Of a DNA stretch of 64,000 nucleotides, positions 42,362-52,948 are shown in pieces (position 1 is the first letter of the stretch; each line of letters opens with the position of its first letter). The translations under genes were made by a program, and so were the position numbers. The DNA comes from Chrysomallon squamiferum (taxonomy: Eukaryota; Animalia; Mollusca). The notes below the pieces were generated by a model. The model did no database searches, had not been told where the DNA came from, and saw only the letters and a program-made list of their open reading frames with translations. The stretch covers positions 10,912,001-10,976,000 of the forward strand of contig CM022677.1 in assembly GCA_012295275.1 (NCBI GenBank), written 5' to 3'.

Positions 42362-44642
42362 CTGGCGTGTTGAAATGTTAAATAAAAACATATGAAAGTA
42401 AATATGTTCTAATATATTTGTGAAATTTGAATTGTACTGTAGTAACATTTCTTTTGATTATTAATATTAATGTGTGTGCGTGTGTCTGCGTGTCTGTTTT
42501 AAACTGTATTAAAGAGTGATTAAAGTGAATCAAGAGAAACGTGACACAATGTAATGAAATAATGAGTCAAGACAAACACATTTATGTTGTTAGGATATGA
42601 AATGACTAAATACATGAAGATTAACAATGATAAACGATTTTATTACAGCATATTTCTATTGTGTTAGGTCTGTAAAGATAAAAAGGAGTAAAGGAGGTGA
42701 CTAGGGAAATGTTTCTCCACCTCAGTGTGGTCAGACAGTCAGAGCTGTCATAAAACTGACAGGAACAAATTAATTTTAAAAATCAACTTACAAATACTCC
42801 TTTTTCTACTTTACTAGAATGGTCACTTTTGTTAATTAATAAATAAATAAACAGATGAATTAAACCTTTATAATTCATAATCACTGAATGTAGATGCAAA
42901 TATTATGTCTTTGTAGATAACATTGAATATCAAATTACATTCTAATTTTTCATAATGTAAATATTATTCCAGTGTTTAAATCGAATTGTCATCATTTTAT
43001 TATCTTTATACGTCTTTCATATCTAGTATCATTTACTATTACTTTCTTTTACAAACCCCCCCAAAAAAATTATAACATATTTCTGAATTGTTATTTTTAA
43101 AGGTAAAATTTAAAAGATTATTTTAACGTCGTTTTTAATTTACTTTTCGTTTTCGTTTTCTTGGACGAATTCGTTCTGAAAGACAAATGTGAACTAATAA
43201 GATAGGTGTATCTAAGATACTCTGATGAAAACTCACTAACGTATTTTTAAAAGCAAAAGTTTATTATTTGGTTCTTTTTCATTCAAAGACGTATACAAAA
43301 TAACGCATACTTAGTTCACCTCTATACAAACATCTTTTAAATAATTTTATCATAACAAAAATCCTAGGATGAGCCATGTCACTAATCTGATTTATGTTTG
43401 TGGGCGTCTTTTTATTCCTCTTTGTTTTTCTTTTCCATTTGTGCCTAACACTAACGGCATTTCAGACATTTGAGACAATTTCAAATTAAATAAATTCAAA
43501 TAATAATAAAAATAAATGATTCTTGTCTCACCTTTATCAGGATGTTTAGCATTTTTTCTGTTGTGATTTTAATTCGGTAGCTTTAAATTAAAATTAAAAA
43601 ATAATAAAGAAAAACAACAACAATAAAATAATAAAAACGACGCACACACACACACAGATACCCTAAGCTAACATTTATTTTGTTATAAATACAACAGACA
43701 GGAAAGTGAAAAAGTTATGTACTTAAGAAAAAAAAAGAGTTCCGTGTGGCTAACTAGATTGATTTCGACTGCCTATATTAATGTTGAGAAAACTGTTAGA
43801 TATCATTAGTTTAATTCAGCAAAGCAGTAAAATAGAAAAGCGTGGAAACCTCTGCGAAAAAAGGATTTGATTAAAAACTACTAAAATAAGGTATAGTTTT
43901 CTTCAAAACGATTGCGTTTTTAAGTTTTTGATTTCAGTGTAAAAATGACGAAACAACTTTCAACCAAAAAAATCCAGTGACGTAGAAGATCGGCGGGAAA
44001 TATAAATATGTCTACTAAACATATCTCATATCTATCTTGAAAAAAGATCAAACCCAACGGTAGGCCTATAATTCCCATAAATATTTCTAACTACCGTCAA
44101 TGTTTTGCACACACACGCTCACGCACAGTCATATACAAAGTTGGTTTTAACCAAGATTTATTTCTATACATGATCATAATATCTATATATGTAATATCAC
44201 TTTAATGTGAAAACGTAGTGTACAGTAATTCTTCTAGTACTTCAACTGTTGTTATTTAAGTTGTTGTTATTTAAACTCCAGCTGTTATTTAAGAAGCTTT
44301 CCAAGACAACTTAGAAATGTAATAGATCTGTAATTATGAGCATTATTTTTAATCAGCCTTAGAAAAAGAATGGGTAGCGAATGCAAACTGGGCTACAGAT
44401 ATCGCTATTTTCATTTGTCACCAGTAATCTATGTTTAATTACAACGGGAAGGTCTACGTTGTTCAAGGCCACCGAGAGACGTCCTGTCCGTCTCTTTACA
44501 TTAATCTCTTACATCTACAAATCGTGCTAAAAACATTATCACATGAATCATATTTATTTTTAATTTTCTCGAATAGAAAATTATATTCACTTTAACAAAA
44601 TATAACTTAATGACAATGGACAGATGCAATATCAGATGTATA

Positions 44643-44759
<117 letters not shown>

Positions 44760-45898
44760 TGATATGACCCTGTCATAGTTTGTATTCAGTTAATAAAAAA
44801 TAAGGCGATATTTTTAATTAAGGATGCCGCTATTTACACTATAAATCAGATAACATCACATAATTATAAACAAGTAAAAATAAGGTGTCAGTTTTACTTA
44901 AGGATAACGCTATTTACACTGATAATTTTACCACTGAGTTACAAAAATAAATTTTAATAACGTGTCCACTATTTCTGTAATAGACGTGAAACATATATCG
45001 AGAAATAAAGAGGGCGCATCTAGTGTAACATTTTATAAACACCAGAACATGTTTCACTGAAAAACAAACACAGAACTTTGTGCAACTAAATTCAGATACC
45101 GCTACGAAGTGTCCGTTTTATTAAAAATAACAAGATATTATATTTTACTTTGCTAATTCTAAATCGTATAATAAAAAGATGTAATTGTACTGTTCGTGAA
45201 CTTAAATATTATATACACTACAGAAAATACTGATAACCACAGTTATTACTGACAGTTATAAATGATAATTCTACATGGCATTATAAAAAGAAAAAGATGA
45301 GAATTAATAATATTTACAGTTTGTAAGTTAAGTATGTTGAGAAAGGTTAATATCATATTTTATTAATATCGTATGTTTATATAAGGTTATATTTAAACAT
45401 ATCAGATTTAATTCTCTTGAATCACGATAGTGTGTACTGATTAGCTGAGAACAAAGAATGTTATTTTATTATGAGAAGTTTATTTTTTTCATTTCATTCA
45501 TTAAAAGGTTGTATAGTTAATATACTTTACAATTTTTATTATACCTGAAGTTCTCTTATTACATTATATATTAATATCCGCTCCCCAGTAATTATCAATG
45601 AGTCAGTGAAGCAGACACCATAGTTGTCACAGTTCTCTGTCAACAGCTAAATAACAACAACAATAATAACACCTTAATATTTTAATTTTTATTTTGTTTT
45701 TATTTTTCTGTAAAAATGGAAGCTTCCTATATATGTCTGATGCTATTCTCTTAGTTTCATTAGAACTGTTCTGAGTGCGGATATAAAAATTACTTCGAAT
45801 TTTTTATTAGGCCTCGTAAAGTTATCAGAGAAATCAGATTTATTCTTAGTGTATTGTTTCTGTCGAGATAAAATCTAAATACTTCTTTTAAAAAAAAG

Positions 45899-45939
<41 letters not shown>

Positions 45940-47309
45940 CAATTGAACTTTTATAAAATCACATTTAACTAAAGAATATCGCTGTTTACATTGATAATGT
46001 TACTCATCGATAACAAAATAAAACGCAAGTTTTATAACATCTGTATTATTTATATGAGAAATTAAAATTACATTAATTAGAGATTATCAATTATATAATT
46101 GAATAAACATGGAATTTCATTCTAGATTAACTTACATTTCTCAGTGTTTTAAAAAAATAATCTGATATATTCTTAAATACATAATTTGATAAATTTGAAT
46201 TTTAGATTAATCATGTACTTTCATGTAGGGAGAGATGTAAATTGTGTCGCGGAATGTCATGTTACTGCAGTCATAAAACAAAGTATCACATTGTGACACT
46301 GAAAGGTGCAGAGTTAATTTTCAGCAATATCAATACAATAATAAATACAATATTCATCTAGCACTTCACGCGTTTCTGTACAGTCTTATTATTGTTAATA
46401 ATAAAATAACTTATTATTAAAGACCATAATTTTTCAATATATAAGGAGGACATTAATTTGGGGAAAAACATAATAATATTAATATTAATTGTCGTTTATA
46501 ATAAAATATTTCCTTCTTCTGAGGCCTTGAGTTGTTTTTGATCAGAGGACTGGTAAATTTCAGATTTGTCGTATATGTAATGTTAGTTGAAGGCGTTTTT
46601 CAGGTTTCCAAATAAAGATCACACATTAATTCTAAAACCAAGGGTTCTTTTTAATATTATTTTGTATTTAAATCTATTTATGTGTAAGTAAAGTACCTTT
46701 TGTAAACTGCGAATGTGAAAAAAGGACTCAATATTTTTATTGAAATGTACGCAAACTAATAAAAACATGTTCCTTATATTAATTCAGGTCTTTTGTTTTA
46801 TGATTTAGAGTCAGCGATCAAGTGGGTTAAGAGAATTTACACTTGAAGAAATCACAGTTGTTTTCACACGAGTGTTTACAATAATCTATGAAAAAGGATA
46901 GATTTACAGAGATAGGTTTCATGCTGAAGTGTGCACTTGTTTAACCAACACAGCATGTTTTTCTGGGACGACCGAGTTCAAGATTAATAAACTGTAATGA
47001 AAATTATAAAGAACATTCACAAATTTCTTCACTCGAATATTTAGATTACTGTTACAGAAATATGTTCAAAGTTTTTGGTAGCGATGTTTATTGCATTCGT
47101 AACAGTTCATTCAAATTTATCTTAAAAATGCATTACTAATGAAAAACAAGGAAACAAAAGAAAATGAAAACAATTATATTTATTTTAATAAATATCAACT
47201 ATTAATTTTAATAATTTTAAACAATAAGTTTAAGATAAACAGAAGACAGCAGGATACAGATCTAGGGTGTGGTGTGTTAACGTATTTATGTGATGAGGAA
47301 ATATCCCAA

Positions 47310-47448
47310 ATGCTCCTTTGGGCGCAGCCTTCGGGTGTTAAAGTGTATTTGGTCAAAAAGCCAAAAGCCAGTATGTGTAACTTTGGGTTTTTTCACACCA
47401 CAAGAGTAAGGTTGAAATATATCGTGATTTTCACACATACATTTTTTT
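47310..47448 (-). repeat. Viral terminal repeat / half hairpin, left copy
   Basis: atgctcctttgggcgcagccttcggg..aaaaagccaaaagccagta..cacaagagtaaggttga is the diverged reverse complement of 51090-51217. Confidence 0.85.
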
Positions 47449-47746
47449 CTTTGCCATCATCAATATATCACATGACTAATTTTTATTATAAATATACAAC
47501 ACTACTAAAATATTTCATTTGCAAATTAATATTGCATGAGATAACATGTTGATAGAAACCAAGCTAATTGAATGTGCATTGGAATTGGAATTTGCAACTG
47601 ATGCATCAACAGTATTAGAATCAACAGTACCAGCAGTACCAGCAGTAGCAGAAGTCATTGGCGCTGATAATATATTTCTCGACGAAGCAACTGGATTAGC
47701 AGAAACGGTTGTTGAATATTCAATAGAATCTATTGCAGATTGTAAG

Positions 47747-47860
47747 TTACGCTGCGTATTAATGCAGTTAAGAGTATTTTATGTTATACTTAACGTCACG
47801 TGTTTTTACGTCACTTTGATGACGTAATATTAATTTGCTATAAATAAAGCTGACTTTCAA
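47747..47860 (+). promoter_or_regulatory. Viral promoter copy 1 (CRE-like ACGTCA, E-box CACGTG, TATA)
   Basis: CACGTG at 47797-47802, two further ACGT motifs, TATAAATA at 47839-47846. Conserved in three copies. Confidence 0.7.
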
Positions 47861-48031
47861 ACGTTCTCTTGTTCGTCGCAGACGTGCTTCACAACAGCTT
47901 GCTCTGATTAGCACGTTAATTTTTTTCCAATTCCAATTCCAACGTTCTCAGTCGTTCGTCATTAATTGAAATGTAAAGATGTTCCGAATATTAAAATACT
48001 TTATATAAAAGCACTAATTGAAAAATAGATC

Positions 48032-48430
48032 AACATAGGTCCCAAGGACTATGATTTCGTCCATCCACAGTATCTTACAGCAAGAGCCCTTGCTAAAGAC
48101 AAAGATGGCAAATACGTAAAAAACTACATCAAAAGCTATATGATGGACCGTCAAGGTATGCTAGACAAAACAGCTGACCACTGGTCAACTCCACTCACAG
48201 AATATCTACAAAAGGGTCATCACAGAAATAAAAACTTTGCTCAGAAACAAGAATTGGAAGTGATAGCCAACTACCCGAAGGATCAGATCAAACAGGCAAT
48301 TGAAGAATTTCCTACCATTATTGAAGACGCAAACACATCTGAAAAGCATATTAATAATAAAGAACAACAACAACAAAAACAAGAGGAAGAAGAACACGTA
48401 AATTATATGAATATATATAAACCTATTTAA
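48032..48430 (+). pseudogene. Viral leader ORF A (unknown function), copy 1
   Basis: Reads NIGPKDYDFVHPQYLTARALAKDKDGKYVKNYIKSYMMDRQGMLDKTADHWST..., downstream of promoter copy 1. It is homologous to 50214-50630. Confidence 0.65.
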
Positions 48431-48729
48431 TGAGAAAAAGATTGCTTGATAAAAAAGAAGTGACACGTCTTTGGGCTATAGCAAAATCTAAAGCCGTTAG
48501 TATACTAGAACATCTGAATGTGCCTAGGGATAAAGCTAAAAAAAAAAAGTGGTTACAAATTCGACGTAGATATCCAAATCTACAAATTCCTAATTCAGAT
48601 TTCTGTTCGGCAAAACATAATCTTTGGGAAGAGTATAACGATCCTAAAAATTCGGACGAAGAAGACCGTTTTGATTCACCTTTATACTCAGAAGAGCAAC
48701 AACAAGAACAAACAGAACCAACAAAATAA
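48430..48729 (+). CDS. Viral ORF B (99 aa, unknown; possibly a VP N-terminal extension)
   Basis: ATG-initiated open frame between ORF A and VP, joined to both by TAATG stop/start overlaps. It has a basic cluster (KAKKKKW) and an acidic tail. Confidence 0.5.
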   Translation: MRKRLLDKKEVTRLWAIAKSKAVSILEHLNVPRDKAKKKKWLQIRRRYPNLQIPNSDFCSAKHNLWEEYNDPKNSDEEDRFDSPLYSEEQQQEQTEPTK

Positions 48730-49930
48730 TGCAGGCACAGAAAAGAAAAAATACAGAGGAATCCTTGAATCCGCCACCTGATAAACAACGGAAAAATAAT
48801 CCAAAATTATCTACAACAGAATCGGAAGATGTAGTGGATAACAGCGAATCTAAAGAAACCTACTTACAACCAGAAGAGAGAGTAATGGATACAGATTCTG
48901 TGTCTGGAAATGAAATTACTGACACTGGTGGTAGCGAGGCTGTTCAAGGAGCACCTATGGCATCTGCAACAGGAAACAATGTGCTTTACCAAGGTTTCGG
49001 AGGAACTACCAAAGGTACCGGTCCTAGGTACATTAAAGTAAAACGTACAATTAAACGGACTTTTACTAGTGTACTTACTAGATCCTTGTATTTGTAAGTT
49101 TGTTTTCAATCACGGTGGTCATATTATACCATACTGGTATAAGCAAGCCAGTACGAAACCTGAAGACTGGAATTTGCCAGATGAATGTGTAGGTTACAGA
49201 ATAAACAAATTTGGTTTCAATATAAACAACATGATGATTCATGTGGTAAATAACAGCACATCAGATTCTAATGAATTTCCTGTTATGTCTCCAACTAATG
49301 CTAGAGTGTGGACGTTTACTGATATACATAACGATTACGGTATACCAGATGACGATGATAATAAAAAAAGTCACAATGATTTATTTAGAGACGAAGAATG
49401 TATGAATCATACAGCTAATAGAGCTATATCGAAACAACCTGATAGAAACATTTATCTACCAGGTGATATAGGTATTCAATTACTGAACAATGCTTGGAAA
49501 AAAAGAAGTGATTTAGAATATGAAGCAATTACACCTTATTACATATATGTAACATGATGGTTTACAGAGAAACTGTGACCAGTGCAGGAGGATTTGCATT
49601 AGATTACACATGCAAAGATGCTCCTTTAGTATTGTTTCCAAGAGAAACCAGTCATAACTTAGCATTTACTCAAGTAACGGGCAATGTAAAGAAAAGCAAC
49701 TATCAGTGTAGTAATGAGAACTCGGAAACTTTAGAAGTATGGCCTACTCACGAAATAACTGTGACTAATACAACACAAGATTCAATGGGAAGTGTAATGA
49801 CCAGTTACTTCAATCATCAATATAGAAATATTGATTACAAAGCATGCTTTCAAAATTTAGCTGGTGAACAATTAGGTGTACCAGCTATGGCATAACGGAA
49901 AACCTGGTTGACTTTTCATATCCTATTTAA
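48729..49930 (+). pseudogene. VP: Parvovirus capsid protein (VP), frameshifted and internally deleted
   Basis: Three consecutive ORFs (48729-49097, 49069-49557, 49554-49895). A Gly-rich N-terminal stretch (GFGGTTKGTG) is followed by HIIPYWYKQASTKPEDW..GYRINKFGFNINNMMIHVV..NARVWTFTD..YGIP, which parallels the parvoviral jelly-roll pattern SPxDW..GFR..FKLFNIQVKEV..QVFTDxxYxLP. After a frameshift it ends ..ITENLVDFSYPI* at 49930. Confidence 0.85.
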
Positions 49931-50019
49931 ATAGTTAAAATTAGTTAATAATTATTATGTTTACATATATATGTTTATTGTTTAAGCAATTTATTATATT
50001 GTTAATGAACTATTTGTTG

Positions 50020-50110
50020 TTACGCTGAGTATTTATACAGTTATAACGTTATACATAACGTCACGTGTTTTGACGTCATGTAAATTTGGGTATAAATAAA
50101 GGTTGCTCTT
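50020..50110 (+). promoter_or_regulatory. Viral promoter copy 2
   Basis: CACGTG at 50062-50067, TGACGTCA at 50071-50078, TATAAATA at 50091-50098. Confidence 0.7.
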
Positions 50111-50213
50111 AAATGTTTTCAATGTTTTCAGTCGTTTGTCCGTTAATTGAAATAATAAAACAAAGAAAAAAATAAAAATAAAAATAAAAAAAATAAAAAA
50201 CCTGGAGAGATAT

Positions 50214-50637
50214 TTGGACACAAAAGAAGACATGCATTATTACTCGATTATTATCGGTTATAAGGATTATGACATGCTCCATCCTAACTTTCTTACTGCT
50301 CGAGCTCTCGCCAAGGAAAAAAACTGGAAGTATGTTTATGCGTTTGGGAAGAACTACATAAAAAGTTTTGTTATGGACAGTCAAGACATGTTAGACAGAA
50401 CGTTGGACCATTGGTCCACCCTACAAACAGAGGTCAAGATCGCGTTGTCATTGAAGTGAAGACATTGCTAAGAAACAAAAATTCGAAGGTCCTCGTAGTC
50501 TTTCACGATAAATCGTGCAGTATGCACCTGAATATACCAACATACGGCAGTCTCTTGCACATATTGCGGAATACTACGATGACGACTCCGAGCCAAGATC
50601 GCCAGTACCGGAGACATCACAGGGCAGTTTAAAATAA
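50214..50637 (+). pseudogene. Viral leader ORF A', copy 2 (frameshifted)
   Basis: Reads IIIGYKDYDMLHPNFLTARALAKEKNWKYVYAFGKNYIKSFVMDSQDMLDRTLDHWST. Homology to ORF A continues in shifted frames (IAKKQKFE..IVQYAPEYTNI). Confidence 0.65.
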
Positions 50638-50647
50638 GAAAGGCTAT

Positions 50648-51094
50648 ATGAAGATACGAAAACTGAGACAGCCGAATCTTCTGATGAACCAAGAAAAGGA
50701 ATGGTTAAAGGAAGGCATGAATATAAACGCAGATAACTTGTTTGATGGAGAAGCTGTGGACAAAGACATGCGCCACTGTACAGTACAGCCTCCAAAGAAG
50801 AAGATGACCGTCCAGGAATTTCTGAATCGAAATAACAATGTTCTGGGACAAAATCAGAATCAAAATCACGGGCTAGGAGAAACCGTTCAAGAAGCTAGAA
50901 ACAGTGAAGTAACTTTAATTGATGATGATTGTGATGAGCACATTGAAACAATGGATCAGAATAATCAATCAGACAACTTAGCAAAAACTCGCATTCCTAC
51001 TTACCTCTTGACAAATAAATCGGCGGGAACTTTCGACTTCTTCTACAAATTAAAAAAAGTATATAGGGTGGGGGAAGTGAAAGACAAGACGTGA
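50648..51094 (+). CDS. Viral ORF truncated by the terminal repeat; possibly the NS1 N-terminal region
   Basis: 148-aa frame with an NLS-like PPKKK that runs into the terminal repeat at about 51060. No HUH motif is visible, so the NS1 assignment is positional inference only. Confidence 0.4.
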   Translation: MKIRKLRQPNLLMNQEKEWLKEGMNINADNLFDGEAVDKDMRHCTVQPPKKKMTVQEFLNRNNNVLGQNQNQNHGLGETVQEARNSEVTLIDDDCDEHIETMDQNNQSDNLAKTRIPTYLLTNKSAGTFDFFYKLKKVYRVGEVKDKT

Positions 51095-51219
51095 TATACT
51101 GTCAACCTAACTCTTGTGATTTGTAAAAAAATCAAAGACCCTCATTACTGGCTTTTGGCTTTTTCACCAAATGTACTTTTAAACCGAAGGTGCTTTCGCT
51201 TCGCCCGAAGGAGCATAAG
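51064..51219 (+). repeat. Viral terminal repeat / half hairpin, flip isomer
   Basis: tagggtggggg..ggcttttggctttt..aatgtacttttaaa followed by ccgaaggtgctttcgcttcgcccgaaggagcataa. Confidence 0.85.
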
Positions 51220-51247
51220 AATATAACGTCATAACGAAAAGGGAAAT

Positions 51248-51501
51248 AATGTCATCTCAAAATAAAGCAAGTAGGGTGGGGGTAGTGAAAGATATATTTC
51301 AACCAAACTCTTGTTATTGTAAGAAAAACAAAGATCTTCACTAGTTGCTTTTGGCTTTTTTGATCAAGAGACGAAATGTACTTTTAACCCGAAGGTGCTT
51401 TGGCTTCGCCCGAAGGAGCATAAGTTAAAAGTACATTTGATCAAAAAAGCTAAAAGCCACTAGTGAAGATCTTTTTTACAATAACAAAAGTTTGGTTGAA
51501 A
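51248..51501 (+). repeat. Complete viral hairpin telomere (about 200-nt imperfect palindrome), flip isomer
   Basis: Stem 51297-51388 pairs with 51424-51501 around the asymmetric tip 51389-51423. It is preceded by AATAAA and a GGGTGGGGG box. Confidence 0.9.
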
Positions 51502-51640
51502 AGTTTGGTTATTAACATTAAAGTTGTAAATGTTGAATTTTAATAAATTGCTGTTGTAATAATTAAAATATTAATTAAATATTTATTGTTTTAATATACC
51601 TAGTTTTTTTTTTATATTAATTAAATTATATTTCTTAATT

Positions 51641-51824
51641 ATGTCATCTCTAAATAAAAAATGTAGGGTGGGGGGAGTGAAACGTAAGACGTGATATATT
51701 TCAACCAAACTCTTGTTATTGTAAAAAAAAAAAAAAGGTCTTCACTAGTGGCTTTTGGCTTTTTTGATCAAAAGACCAAATGTACTTTTAACTTATGCTC
51801 CTTCGGGCGAAGCCAAAGCACCTT
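51641..51824 (+). repeat. Viral terminal repeat / half hairpin, flop isomer
   Basis: The same stem (..aatgtacttttaac) is followed by ttatgctccttcgggcgaagccaaagcacctt, the reverse complement of the tip in the other copies. Confidence 0.88.
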
Positions 51825-51838
51825 TTTTATTTGACCAG

Positions 51839-52527
51839 CTAAAACAAAAAAAAGACAAAAATTAAACAATGTTGCGATGTGTTATCGAAACAGACATTAA
51901 AGTATAAATATTTACAATCAATACTTTTATCGTCTATTAATGGATTCTTTTTATCTATGAAATATTGTCTCTCCTTTTCCAACGCGATGATCATTTCATC
52001 TTCTGTGGGTTCAGTGCACATCGAAAATAGTTTTGGGTGAAGAACATTGACCAAGAACGTCACTTCTTTTCAGATCTTCTATGAAATAAAGTCTAGTTTT
52101 CATTATACTCATCTGAGATGATGTCAAGCCATGTCCGAAAGGTATATTGCTGTTAAGCAAGCAAATGCTCGCCTTACAATAGACTGGCGTTGTCCCTTTC
52201 CTCTAGCATGTGACTTTGCTTCCACTCAAAAGGTCTTTATATTTGTCTATATTGGTTTGTGTTAAAGATATTTCCTCGCCGAGTACGATCTTTTTATCTG
52301 CCAGGGAAAATTATCTTTTGCACTTTTCCCGACAGATGTCATTGTTTCGAATAAGCTGGAACTAAGCATCGTTTTCCCACTGTCACTTTCTCCTTGTAAA
52401 TAGATACCAATTTTTTCTTCCCTTTCCCTTTTAGTAAAGTGTTTATTAGGACACAGAGCCATCTTTCTGTGATCGACTGTTCTTTACACCAGGAATTAAA
52501 CATTTTGACCCAATCTTCTGGTGTCAT
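51839..52527 (-). pseudogene. NS1: Parvovirus NS1/Rep SF3 helicase domain, 5'-truncated, with frameshifts and a stop
   Basis: Minus-strand translation across frameshifts gives Walker A IYLQGESDSGKT (GESDSGKT at 52370-52393), then FPWQ, Walker B KIVLGEE, motif B' KDLLSGSKVTC*RKG, motif C ICLLNSN and a putative Arg finger KTRL. Confidence 0.93.
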
Positions 52528-52534
52528 ATAGTTT

Positions 52535-52645
52535 TAAAGTCAGCTTTATTTATAGCAAAATTAACGTCATCAAACTGACGTCGAAACACGTGACGTCATG
52601 TATAACATTAAAGACTTTTAACTGTATCAATACGAAGCGTAATAA
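52535..52645 (-). promoter_or_regulatory. Viral promoter copy 3
   Basis: TGACGTCA at 52591-52598 overlapping CACGTG at 52587-52592, and TATAAATA on - at 52547-52554. It points into the NS1 fragment. Confidence 0.7.
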
Positions 52646-52744
52646 CAAATAGTTCTTTAAATAATAAATTAATTATAACAATTAAAATATATAACTACAA
52701 CAAGTATTAATAACTATGAATACTTTTTTAAGAAGTTAAACTAA

Positions 52745-52948
52745 TTAAATAGGATATGACCAATCAGTTTCATTTTCGGTGACAGGTACAGTTCTGTCAC
52801 CATATGTTCCAAGTATGGGCCAAACAACTCGTCTTCTAGATTTTTGTCTGCCCCAGTTATCCCATATTGGTGCATCTAATCTTAATTGCCATGCTTTCTT
52901 TATTCTATCATGATCTTTCTTCTTTGATACATACACACATAAGCACAT
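52745..52948 (-). pseudogene. C-terminal fragment of a second viral ORF copy (probable VP end)
   Basis: Ends VTENETDWSYPI*, matching ITENLVDFSYPI* at the end of the + strand VP (49892-49930). Both are followed by a similar AT-rich spacer and promoter. Confidence 0.6.

Noticed and set aside
50411-50632. VLVVFHDKSCSMH as an HUH endonuclease motif
   Set aside because: There is no H-hydrophobic-H. The DNA aligns better, with frameshifts, to the second half of ORF A.
48729-52527. Reading VP(+) and NS1(-) as one ordinary ambisense densovirus genome
   Set aside because: Three telomere copies lie between them, and the NS1 piece has its own upstream promoter and SYPI* fragment, so they are separate genome copies.
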